Both the position numbers and the translations under genes were made by a program. From an uncultured Methanoregulaceae archaeon (GTDB lineage Archaea; Halobacteriota; Methanomicrobia; Methanomicrobiales; Methanospirillaceae), in NCBI GenBank assembly GCA_963717525.1, contig OY970343.1, forward strand, positions 1,888,001-1,952,000: 64,000 nt of DNA, written 5' to 3'. The notes under the pieces are model-generated. The model searched no databases. It saw only the letters and a list, made by a program, of their open reading frames with translations, and was not told the DNA's origin. The stretch's first letter is position 1; every line of letters begins with the position of its first letter. Shown here piece after piece: positions 1 through 10,507 of the stretch.

Positions 1-309
1 GTACAGAATAACACCATCACAAATGTAGCTCCCCTCCAGTGGAACATCACCTATCCCGGCAGCCAGTTTGCCACGGAAACAGTATACTATAATTCCCAAA
101 GCGACCCCACATGGAAATTTATGTACCAGCAGCCGGTCAATCCAGGGAACTGGACCCAGTCTTATGACTGGAATGTCGGCAGCCTGCCCCCGGGAGTCTA
201 TTCCATTGAGGTGATTGCCTATGCGCATGATGCTAACAGTGGTAAGGAAGTTATCGCTGACGCATTAACACTAGGACAATCTCCGAAAGCATTCATCCGA
301 CTCCAATAA
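1..309 (+). CDS. C-terminal end of a large surface/secreted-type protein (5' partial)
   Basis: Frame 1 is open from base 1 (VQNNTITNVAPLQWNITYPG...YSIEVIAYAHD...KAFIRLQ*). It is beta-strand/Ig-like in composition, has several N-x-T sequons and is followed by a T-run. Confidence 0.6.
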   Translation, partial: VQNNTITNVAPLQWNITYPGSQFATETVYYNSQSDPTWKFMYQQPVNPGNWTQSYDWNVGSLPPGVYSIEVIAYAHDANSGKEVIADALTLGQSPKAFIRLQ

Positions 310-479
310 TTTTTTTGAAACCTAAAAACCCTGTCTTCTGCCGGAAGTGATCACCGGCTTTCTGGTTTAAAAACTCTTCTTGTAAAGGGCAGGGCGTAGT
401 TTAATAATAAGGAAATGATCTTTCTCCAGTTTAATTGAGCGGGAAGGTTAGTCCTGAAGGGATACCGGGCGCTGCCGGT

Positions 480-652
480 TCAGAGGTAATGGCTGCATCT
501 CAGCCACTTGATCTGCGGGCCGGTGTAACGGTAGACGGTGTCGCACTTGGTATCTTGGAAATTCCAGGGGACGATGATCAGGATATCCCTTCACGGATCC
601 AGACCTTCTTTTTGATCCTTCCTTTGATTCGTCCCATCCGGGTCATGCTCAT
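480..652 (-). pseudogene. eif1a: N-terminally truncated aIF-1A (eIF-1A) paralogue, one frameshift at ~588
   Basis: Manual translation with one base added in the G-run: MSMTRMGRIKGRIKKKVWIREGDILIIVPWNFQDTKCDTVYRYTGPQIKWLRCSHYL*, the characteristic C-terminal half of archaeal eIF-1A. Confidence 0.8.
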
Positions 653-680
653 CACCTTTTCAGTGCAGGTGAAATCCCAT

Positions 681-690
681 TTTATATAAA
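681..690 (-). promoter_or_regulatory. Putative TATA box for the truncated aIF-1A ORF
   Basis: TTTATATAAA lies about 30-35 nt upstream of the ATGs at 652/646. A GGTGA SD-like motif is directly upstream of them. Confidence 0.45.
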
Positions 691-841
691 CTGAATTCAT
701 GTTCTCGCCAACCGAAGATACCAGGTGCCATACAACGGATAGTTGAAAACAAAATCTGCCAAGTTCCGTTTCACCGGCGGTATAACCGGGGACCGGGCCC
801 AAGGATCTCTTCACGAACCCCACGAAAGAAAAATGATCCAG

Positions 842-924
842 TGCGAGAAGCAGGAGTCGAACCTGCGAACCCCTACGGGAACGGATCTTGAGTCCGCCTC
901 TGTTGACCACTTAGATATTCTCGC
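842..924 (-). tRNA. tRNA-Leu(CAA)
   Basis: Cloverleaf: acceptor GCGAGAA/TTCTCGC+A, anticodon arm GCGGA-CTCAAGA-TCCGT, long variable arm, T-arm GCAGG-TTCGACT-CCTGC. CCA is not encoded. Confidence 0.95.
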
Positions 925-1082
925 GCAAGCTTAGTATTGGATTTCAGGATAGTAAAAGACTTTGACAAAGAGGAGCTCTTGTGCCAGGGCAGGTTATCCG
1001 GCCCTTCCGCCTGCCTCCCTTTGGCAGACCGGGATTCCCTCAACATCGGGGATCATCACGGCGGGTGTAAGGGTCGGGCGGG

Positions 1083-4000
1083 TCACATAAAATCCGCGAG
1101 GCCCAGCTGCTCGTGCTTCTCCTCGCCAAACGTCGACTCGATGGCAAGGTCGAGCACCTCGACCCGCTGCCGGGTATATTCTGACACCCTGTACTTTTTC
1201 ACCATCGCGCGGGAAACTTCGAGGTACTTCTTGACTGACCCTTCATGCACGGTCGGAATAATATTTCCGTTGCAGATTCCCTTACCCTTGAACTTCGTGC
1301 ACTTGCCGGCAAGCGGCATCCTGCGGTAACTGGCATTGCACTTGGTGCACCGGAACTTCTGCTTGGAGAACGCAGTGAGATTTCCCATCAGGTCGCGGAT
1401 GAAATGCGTGTTGAGGACACGCTCTGCCACATCATCGGCATCGACCGCCCGGATCTTCTCGGCCAGATCGAGCTCTGCCTCAAGTTTCTCGCTCATGGTC
1501 TTGAGCTGGGTGTAGGTGGACTCGAGAGGCCCTGCCGATATGTCCGAGGTATCGTGCGTGAAGAAAAAGCCTTCGAGCTGCTGCGGGGTCCCCAGCCTCC
1601 GTTCGACCCGGTCAATAAGCGGCTCGACATCCTTTGCCTTGGCATACACAAGGCCGGCCTCGTAAAGCTCGCGCGGGTAACCGCGCCCGACATCAACGTT
1701 GAGAGACTCCTTATCGATCTCCGCCGGGTCGATGCGGCTCGTGAGCACCAACGGCGCATCCATCGTGCCACCCCGGTTCTGGGGCAAAAATGAGCGGGAG
1801 AAATTCAGGAGGCCGTCCATGAGGAGCATGATGCAGTCCTCGTCGCCATCACACTGGCCGGTGAAGATGCCGTTTGCGACAAGCGTATGATCGTCTGCCA
1901 CGGTCATGCAGTACACCCGGTCTTCAAGGGAGGTGACCGTCTCGACTGCCGCGATCCGGTCGGCAATCACCGCCCCGCCCTCGTATATTGGCACAGCATC
2001 CCCGGCCTTGATCTCCAGCGCCTTGAGCTTCCGTAAGTACACGGTATCCCAGACCAGCATTGCGTGGTCGGGTGTGACCGTCAGCTGCCTTTTCCGTGAG
2101 GTAGTAAACCGGATCAGGTGTACCGGCGCCTGGTGGATGGAGACCGAGGTGATCCTGCGCAGGTGCACCCCGCCGGTTGTGTCGACAGTCCTCGTGAAGT
2201 ACGGGCGGACCGGATCAGAATAATACGTGCCCAGCCGGTCGAGCCCGGGCTTGCTGACATCGAAGTTCTCCAGCACGAACTTCCGTATGGGGTGGTGTGC
2301 CCATGTTTTTCCATCATAAACTTCGATTTCGGTGTCGCCGTAGAAGCAGTTCCGGCGCTTGGCCGCATGGAAAAAGGGGTGGGCATACCCGACATTTGCC
2401 CGGGTAAACCCGATGATCCGGGCCAGAACGCCGGCGCTCGTATGGGGGGCAAGGCCGATAACGAGGTGGCCGACCAGGTCGTCACGGGTCTGTATGTTGT
2501 AGAAAGCAGGAAGGCCGTAGAGCCGGGTCAACTCGTCATCGATGAACCGGGCGACCTTGATCATGTAGTCCGCACACGAGTCGGAGACAAGGAGATCCTG
2601 CGGACGCAGCTCAACGACCTGCTGCCCGTTCTGGAGATCGTAGCCGTCGATGTCTTTGACATACCCAAGTTCGCGCATCCGTTCGACCGGCACCCTCACC
2701 TCGTCCGCCCGGATATGCGTTAGCGGAAGGTCGATCATGTCGAACCGGGTCGTGCCGTCCTTAAAGACGTAGATGTCCTGCTGGGCGCGGAGAATGCCCT
2801 TTTCCATCGCCTCGACCGTCTTTTCCCGGGAGATGACACCCTTGACACCTTTGACGAGCGCGATGCTCTCTTTTTTTATCCCGAGGCGCTCCATCGCCTG
2901 CGCGTATTCCGCTTTTACGTTTAAGGCGATCCTCTGGCTGCAGGTGGCCGGGACGTCACAGTTCGGGCAGCGTTCGGTCGCCACCTCGTGCCCGCACTTG
3001 GGGCAGGTGTTGACAGATGTTGTGTGCGTCCCGCACTTCTGGCACCGGTTCAGGAAGGTGATCTCGCCACAGCCGGGACACCGCCGGCGCCCGACCTCGA
3101 TCTCGATAATTCCCCCTTCCTGCTGGAAGTCTATCTCGGTCGCACGGGCGTCCGATTCCTCAGTGTGGTTCGACGCTTCCTGGAACGACCGCCGGGCGCC
3201 CCCGGACTCCCCAAGCGGAAAGAGCCCATGCGGCGGCGGGCTCATCTTGCGCGGCTTGGACTTACCGGGCCGGCCCATCCTCCCGCCGATCCGAAGACCC
3301 GACCGGGACCGGAGGGAGAGACCGCTCAGGTGCATGACGAGGTCGAGCGGCAGGGCTCCTGCCGGTGCCGTGTTCCAGGTGTCGCGTTTTTTCAGGTGCT
3401 CGTCAAGGCCGAGGCAGGCGACAACCGCCCGGAAGGTCCGGATCCGTATCATTCCCCCGCTCACCTTGTGGGGAATGAGCAGGGTTTCAAGCGGCTCTTT
3501 TACTTTTGCATCGAGAGGGATTACCAGCGCACCATCTTCGATCGCGCCGGTGCCGGAAACGATATCGGCAAGAAGCCGTATCTGGTCGGTGGAGATATCG
3601 TCCCAGAACCAGGTATACGCCGGGTACAAGTATCCGCCTGTCCCTGCAAGCGCGAGCGCCTCTGCTTCATCCTGCGGCGGTTTTGTCCCCGGCGCCTGGT
3701 CAAGCAGCCACCACTCCTCGCAGTAGCCTGCCGGCACCAGCGGGTGGTTGTTCTCCAGGAAGTCCCCGTACGCGATCAGGATCTCGCCGACATCGAGGAT
3801 TCTTTCAACCTTGTTTACCAGGGTCAGTGCGGTCTTCTCATCGTCAACCCTGATAACTTCGCCACCGGTGAGGCGCACAGTTGGTCCCTCGATGGTATCG
3901 ACAGGGACGACACCGCAGGCTTTGCCTGGCCGTTCGAGTTTCATCTGGGTGCCAACTGCCAAAAACCCTCCCAGCAGGTGAAGTGTTGCCGGGTTGAACC

Positions 4001-5001
4001 CGGCCGCCGCAAAGCCGGTGTTCCTCGAACGGCCGTATCGGAGCCGGAAGCCCCCCTTCCTCATCGGGTACGAAAAGACCGGCCTTCCCCCGATGAGATC
4101 CCGGAGGTACTTATCCAGCGGCTTGACGCCCGGAGTATGCTCCTCGTCCCCCGTTTTTGCCGCGCCGGCGATGAGCTTGTCCAGCCAATCCCAGCCGGCC
4201 ATGTTCATCTTCTCGACCTTGCTCTTGAGCTTGCGGGATTTTCCTGCAATCCCTTCCGCGAGAACGAGGGCCATCCCGCCCCTCACGGAGTTTGTCTCGA
4301 CACGCTCAAGGTTCCGGTGCCCCGAGACCTCCTCCTTCTCCGTCGCCTCGCCATCGATGCAGACCGGGCAGTTCTCCACGATCAGCCGGATCTCGGCTTC
4401 GCTGGGGAGGTACTGGAGGTTCATGATCGAGTTGTACTGCCGGATCTCCTCGATGTACCGCTCGACCTCGACCGGGCGGGGGCGGTAGCGCCCGATCCCC
4501 AGTTTTTCCCGGACATAGTCACCGACAAGCACCGAGAGCGCCTGCGCCGTCCCGCCGGCGCTCCGGATCGGCCCGGCATAATAGATCTTCAGGGTACAGG
4601 CTGCCGTCGTCGTTCTTGCCGGTCCCGACTTTTGCGATCCCTTCGGTCGGTGCCGAGACCACGCCTTCGGTTAAAAGAGCCATCGCGGTGCGTATGGCAT
4701 GGTCGAGGATTTCGTCATTGTTTTTTTCCCCGAAGCGCCGCGCAATAAAATCGTCGCCGATCCGGAGTGCCGCCTCTTCCCGGGACATCTGTGATTCGAG
4801 TTCCCGGATCCGTTCAGCCACCCCTTTGATCCCAAGCAGCGCCTCGACCCGGTCCGCGAGATCGCTTGCAATAGGGATCTCGACATCCATGCTCGGGTCA
4901 AGGCCCCGCAAACGCGCCTCCCTGGCGAGTGCAATTGCCCGGGTCAGCCCATCCATCAGGGAGTTCCCGTACTGCTCCATCTCAGGGGAGAGTTTCAGCA
5001 T
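1083..5001 (-). CDS. polC: DNA polymerase D large subunit DP2 (intein-containing; frameshift at ~4593)
   Basis: N-term DLADRVE...[23 protein letters not shown] after frameshift correction, [25 protein letters not shown] catalytic motif, C-terminal Zn fingers. Confidence 0.97.
1854..2348 (-). mobile_element. Mini-intein (165 aa) in PolD DP2, C1...GQ/C
   Basis: Interrupts [13 protein letters not shown]. Starts CFYGDTEI, block [11 protein letters not shown], ends [21 protein letters not shown]. No endonuclease domain. Confidence 0.93.
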
Positions 5002-5082
5002 CGTGGTACAATCCGGTGGCTTGAAATTTATACTGTGGGATCCGGTGTCCGGCGGTTAAAAAGAGGGGCGTTGGGATGAGGA

Positions 5083-5619
5083 TTAGACCTTTTTTTCGTC
5101 CCGGATCTGTTCGACCATGGATGGCAGGCCGGTCTCGCCCATCTGCCAGAGCGTGAGTGTGGCACATGACCGGAGGATTTCATTGGCATCGGAAAGCCGC
5201 CGGGTGAGCGGGTCCACTGCGGGTTTGCCGATCCGGCAGAGCGCCCGGGAGAGAACGCCCCGCAGTTCCTTATCGTCACTTGCCATTGCCGTAATAAGAG
5301 GTTCGACTGCCGGTTCTCCCATCTCACCGAGCGCCGCCGCTGCATAGCGCCGGAACTCGTGGTCGGTATTCTTTTCCATCGCCGCAATGAGCGGGTCGAT
5401 CGCCGGCACCCCTGTCTTTGCAAGGGCGATAGCGCGGTACCAGCGGCGGTCGTTGTCGCTGGCATCGGCGAGGGCGCGGATCAGGGGTTCAACTGCCGCC
5501 GCTCCCATACCCGCCAGAACGAGGATGGCGTGGTGGCGGTTGTCGATGGAGGGATCGTCGAGCTCGCGGATCAGGATGGGAATGGTATCGTTGCCATTAT
5601 TGGGGTCATCGGGGGTCAT
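5083..5619 (-). CDS. HEAT-repeat (PBS lyase-like) protein
   Basis: Repeated R..A..AL...G..AVEPLI.AL units. Start chosen at MTPDDP (5619). Confidence 0.85.
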   Translation of the reverse strand: MTPDDPNNGNDTIPILIRELDDPSIDNRHHAILVLAGMGAAAVEPLIRALADASDNDRRWYRAIALAKTGVPAIDPLIAAMEKNTDHEFRRYAAAALGEMGEPAVEPLITAMASDDKELRGVLSRALCRIGKPAVDPLTRRLSDANEILRSCATLTLWQMGETGLPSMVEQIRDEKKV

Positions 5620-5701
5620 GGGAACACCGGTATATTTCATAGTTGCATGCCACAGCTCATCTGTGTTGTTGCCGGGCGGCCGTGCGCACGTTTTGATCTC
5701 G

Positions 5702-6820
5702 TCAGGCAAGCCCGAGGAAAGCGGGGATGAAGAGGATGCAGAAAAACACTGCCATCAGGAGAAGGCCGAGAGGAATGCCCAGCCGCGCCCATTCCCGGCT
5801 CGAAATCCCGGTCTTTCCTGCCGCGATGATGTTGGGGATGTTTCCCGGGATGAGCATGCCCCCCGAGATGAGGAGTGCAAGCAGGGCGCTGGTGATCTGG
5901 TTTAAGGAGAGCGCCGGGCTGATCTCGGCAGCCGCAAGGGTCGCGTTATCGAGTACAGCGGAGACCATGTTGGCCCAGTAGAGGGCTTCGGGCGGGATAA
6001 GGACCACGTAGCCAAGGATCAGGGGCTTGAACCCCTCCCCGAGGAAGATGAGGGCCATGATAAAGAGGTAGACCTTGCCGGCCCGGATAACGATATAGCG
6101 CACCGTTTCGCGCTCGACTGTGCATTTCAGGCTGGTCTCATCGGTCTTACGCTTTTTAAGCACGAAAAGGCCAAGGATCCCGAGGATGATGACCGCGGGA
6201 ACGATATAGATCGCGAGCTTGTCGAAGAGAAAGAGGAACCCGGCATGGTATGGCTCGCCCCCGAGTTTGGAAATGACGATGGTGGTGAGCGGTTCGCCCA
6301 GCGGGGTAAGGCCGGCGCCAAGGCCGATGGAGAAGCAGGCAATGATCGTGATCTCGATCTTCGCTTCTTTTACCAGAGGAAGAGCGTTGACAATCTCCAC
6401 GAGAATGATCGCGGCAAGGATCGCGGATATGATGCTGGAGATGAGTCCAAGGACGATGATCAGGAGCGGCACGATCAGCGTGAGGGAGAACAATTCGACC
6501 GCGGTGTTGATCGCCCGCTCCAGCCGGTGGTGGAAGCAGTAGATGAGTAGGCCCACGATAAGGACGATCTGCACGATCCCGATCGGGATCCCCCAGACCG
6601 ATGCGATATTCAAAGGGCTGGTGAGGGCTTCTATGACAATCGCCGCGCTCCAGCCCGTCTGTTCACCGGAAAGAGTCGCAAAACCGGAGATGGTGAGCGC
6701 AAGGATCCCGCAGCAGAAGAGGAAAAGTTCAAGGTTCTCTTCGATCTTCTTTGCTGAGAACGGGAGAATCAGGACGGCACAGAAGATGACAAAAAGGCCG
6801 AGTGTCACTACAACATCCAT
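5702..6820 (-). CDS. DUF1646-family membrane protein (putative cation transporter)
   Basis: Multi-TM protein with IEENLELFLF, GLTPLGEP, SAVLDNATLAAAEI and GGMLIPGNIPNII motifs. Confidence 0.85.
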   Translation of the reverse strand: MDVVVTLGLFVIFCAVLILPFSAKKIEENLELFLFCCGILALTISGFATLSGEQTGWSAAIVIEALTSPLNIASVWGIPIGIVQIVLIVGLLIYCFHHRLERAINTAVELFSLTLIVPLLIIVLGLISSIISAILAAIILVEIVNALPLVKEAKIEITIIACFSIGLGAGLTPLGEPLTTIVISKLGGEPYHAGFLFLFDKLAIYIVPAVIILGILGLFVLKKRKTDETSLKCTVERETVRYIVIRAGKVYLFIMALIFLGEGFKPLILGYVVLIPPEALYWANMVSAVLDNATLAAAEISPALSLNQITSALLALLISGGMLIPGNIPNIIAAGKTGISSREWARLGIPLGLLLMAVFFCILFIPAFLGLA

Positions 6821-6997
6821 GCCATCTCACCCCAAGCACGTACGGTACCCTGCCGAACGTTTGTACAGACAGTGTCTGCCCGGCGGGGGATAAGATCTTC
6901 CTTTCCGGGCACCCGCCTCACTGCCCCAATAGAAAGTATTTATCCAACCTCTGTGGTATACTGCAAGTGATCATCTCTTCCGGAGGCGGTTTTGGCG

Positions 6998-7195
6998 ATG
7001 GCACAGGATCTCGAACAGACCATCAGTGCGCTGCAGACTACGGCGATCGGGAATTGCAGGAAACGCATAGAGGAGGCTGCGCACAAGCCAAAAAAGATCC
7101 CCGGTGGCGATCCGGCGGATTCTGGCGCACCGTGCCGCGACAAAAAGCCCGCGCACGGGGTGACTTCGGTCCTCAGGGACAAATACGGGCTCTGA
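6998..7195 (+). CDS. Small hypothetical protein preceding ATPase subunit H/G
   Basis: GGAGG upstream of ATG. Ends 12 nt before the next gene. No recognisable family; may contain indel errors. Confidence 0.4.
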   Translation: MAQDLEQTISALQTTAIGNCRKRIEEAAHKPKKIPGGDPADSGAPCRDKKPAHGVTSVLRDKYGL

Positions 7196-7207
7196 CGGGA
7201 GGTCGGC

Positions 7208-7528
7208 ATGGACACGGAAAAAACGCTGCTGCAGCAGATACGGGACAAGGAACAGGAGTTTGCACACAAGATCGACACGGCAAAAAAAGAGGCAGACGTC
7301 GTGGTAACGGCTGCAAAGACCGAGGCCGAGGAACTGCTCTGCACAGCGGACGCAGAGGGAAAGAAGAGTGCCGAACTGGTCTACTGGAATGTGCGGGGGA
7401 AGACCGCTGTTGATATTGAGGCACTCACAAAAGCTGCCGAATCAGACCGCACGGCCGTATCAGAACGGGGGGAGAGAAACATCCCTGCGGCCGCGGAAAG
7501 GATCGTCAGGTACGTGACCATGGAATAA
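7208..7528 (+). CDS. atpH: A/V-type ATPase peripheral stalk subunit H/G
   Basis: 106 aa charged coiled coil (LLQQIRDKEQE...AKKEAD...AAERIVRYV), GGAGG SD, directly upstream of subunit I. Confidence 0.8.
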   Translation: MDTEKTLLQQIRDKEQEFAHKIDTAKKEADVVVTAAKTEAEELLCTADAEGKKSAELVYWNVRGKTAVDIEALTKAAESDRTAVSERGERNIPAAAERIVRYVTME

Positions 7529-7555
7529 AGCCGGGTTCACCCGGCGGAGGGTCGT

Positions 7556-9471
7556 ATGCTCCAGGCAATGAAACGCATCCAGGTGATTGGGCCAAAAGCG
7601 GAGTTGGGGCATGCAGTCGACCTCCTGTACGAGGCAGGGACCCTTCACATCGAGAATGCACCGGAACTCATTGCAAAAGACGAGATCAGCCTTGCCGGGT
7701 CCGGCAGGAGGAGGCTGAGGAGATTGCCGGGGTCCTTGGCACGATCAGCGCGATCTTTTCCACGCTGCCCGCGCTTGCCGACGACCCCGGCACCCAGTCC
7801 GGGATCCGGGCCGAGCTGGAGAAAAAGACCCATGCAGAGCTGGTCGCCCGGGCCCGTGCGATCATCAGCACCCTTGAGACAACAACCCGGGAACTGGCGG
7901 CAAAGAAGACTGAACTCACCCTGTCGATCACAACGTTAAACCGGTACGAGAAGGTCCTCGATATCATCCACCCTTTGGAGAAGGAACTGCCGACACTCGA
8001 AGGGTTCGAGGTGACGATCCTCCTTATCCAGGAGGAGCACCGGGAAGTCCTTGAGCTGATAAAAAAGGAACTCGACACCATCACCGGCAACCGGTTCGAA
8101 ATGATCGCGACCACGGTCGATGCCGATACCCTTGCCGCCATCATGGTCTTCCCGAAAAAATACTCCGAGGAGATCCACGCGTTTATCTATTCCGTAAACG
8201 TGAACGAGGTGAGGCTCCCCAAAGAGTACACCGGCAGGCCCTTTTATGAGATGTATGCCCTGATCGAGGAGGAGCGGCTCCATACGCAGGAGGAGATCGC
8301 CCGCATCGATGCTGAGCTCCTCGCCCTCGCAAATTCCTGGTACCAGGAACTGGTTGTCTTAAAAAACCGGCTCAGCCTGATCCACGCCGAGGTCAACATG
8401 TACCGGAACTTCGGGGTGTCGGAATACATGTTCGTGATCATGGGCTGGATCCCGAAAAAATACCTGGGCAGGACCCGGATGATGATACACGACCGGTTCT
8501 CCGACAGGGTGATCGTCCACGAAATCCCGGTAACGGAAAAAGATATGGAGAACGCCCCTGTCTACTATAACAATCCCCCGTGGGTAAAACCTTTCGAACT
8601 CATCATGCAGCTCGTCGCACCGCCGCGGTACTTTGAGGTCGATCCCACGCCGATTCTTGCCATCTTCTTCCCGCTTTTCTTCGGGCTCATGGTAGGGGAT
8701 ATCGGGTACGGCCTGGTCATCCTCGCGTTTGCACTTGTGATCCGGCACCGGTTCCAGGCAATCGGATTTGCAAAGAACCTTGCCAATATCCTGATCATAT
8801 CGTCGATCCCGGCTATCATTTTCGGCTACCTTTTCGGCGAGTTTTTCGGGGACCTGGGGGAGACTCTCGGCTGGATTCACCCGGTGCAGGTGCTCGGCAT
8901 CACTTGGAACCGCGTGGACGCAATGATCCCCATGCTCATACTAGCGATAACCATCGGGGTCATCCATGTCTTCCTCGGACTGTTCATCGGCATCCGGAAC
9001 GCGATCATCACGAAGAAACGCAAGCATCTCTACGAGAAGACCGGCATGCTGCTGGTGATCACCGCGATCATCGTCCTTGTCGCCATGCTCGCCAAGGTTG
9101 TGCCGGCGTTTTCCGTCTACCCGGCGGTCGTCCTCATCGTTATCGGTCTTCCCCTCATCCTTATGGGAGCAGGGGTATTCGGCACCATCGAGGTGATGAG
9201 CACGGTCGGAAACATCCTCTCGTATTCCCGTCTCATGGCGATCGGTATGGCTTCGGTGATCCTCGCCATGGTAGCAAACCGGCTCAGCGGTGCATTCGCG
9301 TTTGCCATCATTGGGATTATCGTCGCTCTCCTGCTGCACGCGCTCAATGTCGCGCTTGCCATGTTCTCCCCTTCGATCCACGCGGTGCGTCTCCACCTTG
9401 TCGAGTTCTTCTCGAAGTTCTACGAAGGGGGAGGGATGCCGTACAAGCCGTTTAAGAGGGAAGTGCCGTAA
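7556..9471 (+). CDS. atpI: A/V-type ATPase subunit I (a); frameshift at ~7700
   Basis: MKRIQVIGPK N-term, EVDPT, FFGLMVGDIGYG, essential Arg in SYSRLMAIG, HAVRLHLVEFFSKFY. Confidence 0.95.
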
Positions 9472-9525
9472 GCGGGTTCACGTGGCCTGCAGGCAGGGCA
9501 TTCACGGTACGTCCCGGGGGTCGTA

Positions 9526-9666
9526 CCTGATCCGGGTATGACCCCCAACTTTTACGATATCGGAACCGTCAGCCGTGAACATGTGCGACCCACCCTCCAT
9601 CAATTTTTGAAAATGCAAAATCCCGGTGGGGGGGTCATACCATGTTCGGATCCGACCCCCCCCCAC
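9526..9666. repeat. Two related hairpins with GGGGGTCRTACC left arms between convergent atpI and atpD
   Basis: GGGGGTCGTACC...GGTATGACCCCC (~9516-9546 region) and GTGGGGGGGTCATACC...GACCCCCCCCCAC (~9626-9666). Confidence 0.55.
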
Positions 9667-9736
9667 TTTGTGAGGAACCAGAGCCAAAAACCCGCGAGGA
9701 TGACCCCTGCAAAGGTTCGTACAGAAAAATCTGTTA

Positions 9737-9768
9737 CCTCCCTTTGGGCAACCCTGCCCCAAGGGGGC
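9737..9768 (-). repeat. Dispersed GC-rich intergenic repeat, copy 1 (reverse)
   Basis: Reverse complement GCCCCCTTGGGGCAGGGTTGCCCAAAGGGAGG aligns by eye at about 26/33 with 41835-41867. Confidence 0.6.
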
Positions 9769-9838
9769 CAGCGCAATGGGAGCCACATCGGGGAGGAGGG
9801 GGGTTACTTAACCGGTCCAACCCCCATCAAATAAGAGA

Positions 9839-10499
9839 TCACTTCCCTATCTTCTTCATTCTTGCCTTGCGCTTCTTCCTCTCGATGATGCTTTTGACCT
9901 TCTTGAGCCGGAACAGGTCCTCACGTTCCCGCTCCTCGATTGCATTCTCGATGTACTTCGCCTGGCCCTGTAATTCCGGGATAAGGATCTGCTCGAGTGC
10001 ATTCACCCGCCGGCGGTTCATCTGAATCTCGGTCCCAAGCCGCCGCATCGCCGTCTCGATCTCGGCAAGCTTGATGAGGAGATCCAGCTCCAGCTCGTAC
10101 CGCTCGGCAGTCTCATCGATCCGGGCGCTCGTCGTGATGATGCCGTAGCCCCGCTCCAGCATGGTCTTGGAGACGCGTTTCTTCTCGATCACCGGGACAG
10201 GAACGCCCATGATGTTCTTCCCGCTGATATCGATCGTGATCGACCGCCTAGAGGCAAACGACGCGGACCGGAGCGTGACCGGGTCGTCAACAGCCTCCGC
10301 GATCATCAGGGCAAGGTCGAGCTGCCTGCGAGACCTGTTCCAGCTCGTCGCGGGACTCGGATACGGAGCTTAAGATCTTGAAAAACTCCTGGATCAGGGC
10401 ATCCATCTTCTGCCGCAACAGGTCCCGGCCCTGCTCCGCAAGCCGGATCTGGGCCTTGAGCCTCATCAGCTCCATCCGGGTCGGCCGGACCTGCTCCAT
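9839..10499 (-). CDS. atpD: A/V-type ATPase subunit D; frameshift at ~10320
   Basis: VRPTRMEL...GRDLLRQKMDAL, NIMGVPVP, RRRVNALEQILIP, EEREREDLFRLK. Confidence 0.95.
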
Positions 10500-10507
10500 A
10501 CGGTGTC

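Noticed and set aside
1..924. Possible integrated element at the tRNA-Leu 3' end (flank looks more AT-rich)
   Set aside because: No integrase and no duplicated tRNA 3' end (att) visible in the window.
2988..4748. Long antisense and alternative-frame ORFs (e.g. 2988..4748, 11865..13412, 14268..15608, 26645..28144, 62179..63489)
   Set aside because: They shadow well-supported genes on the other strand, have no motifs and are expected in GC-rich DNA.
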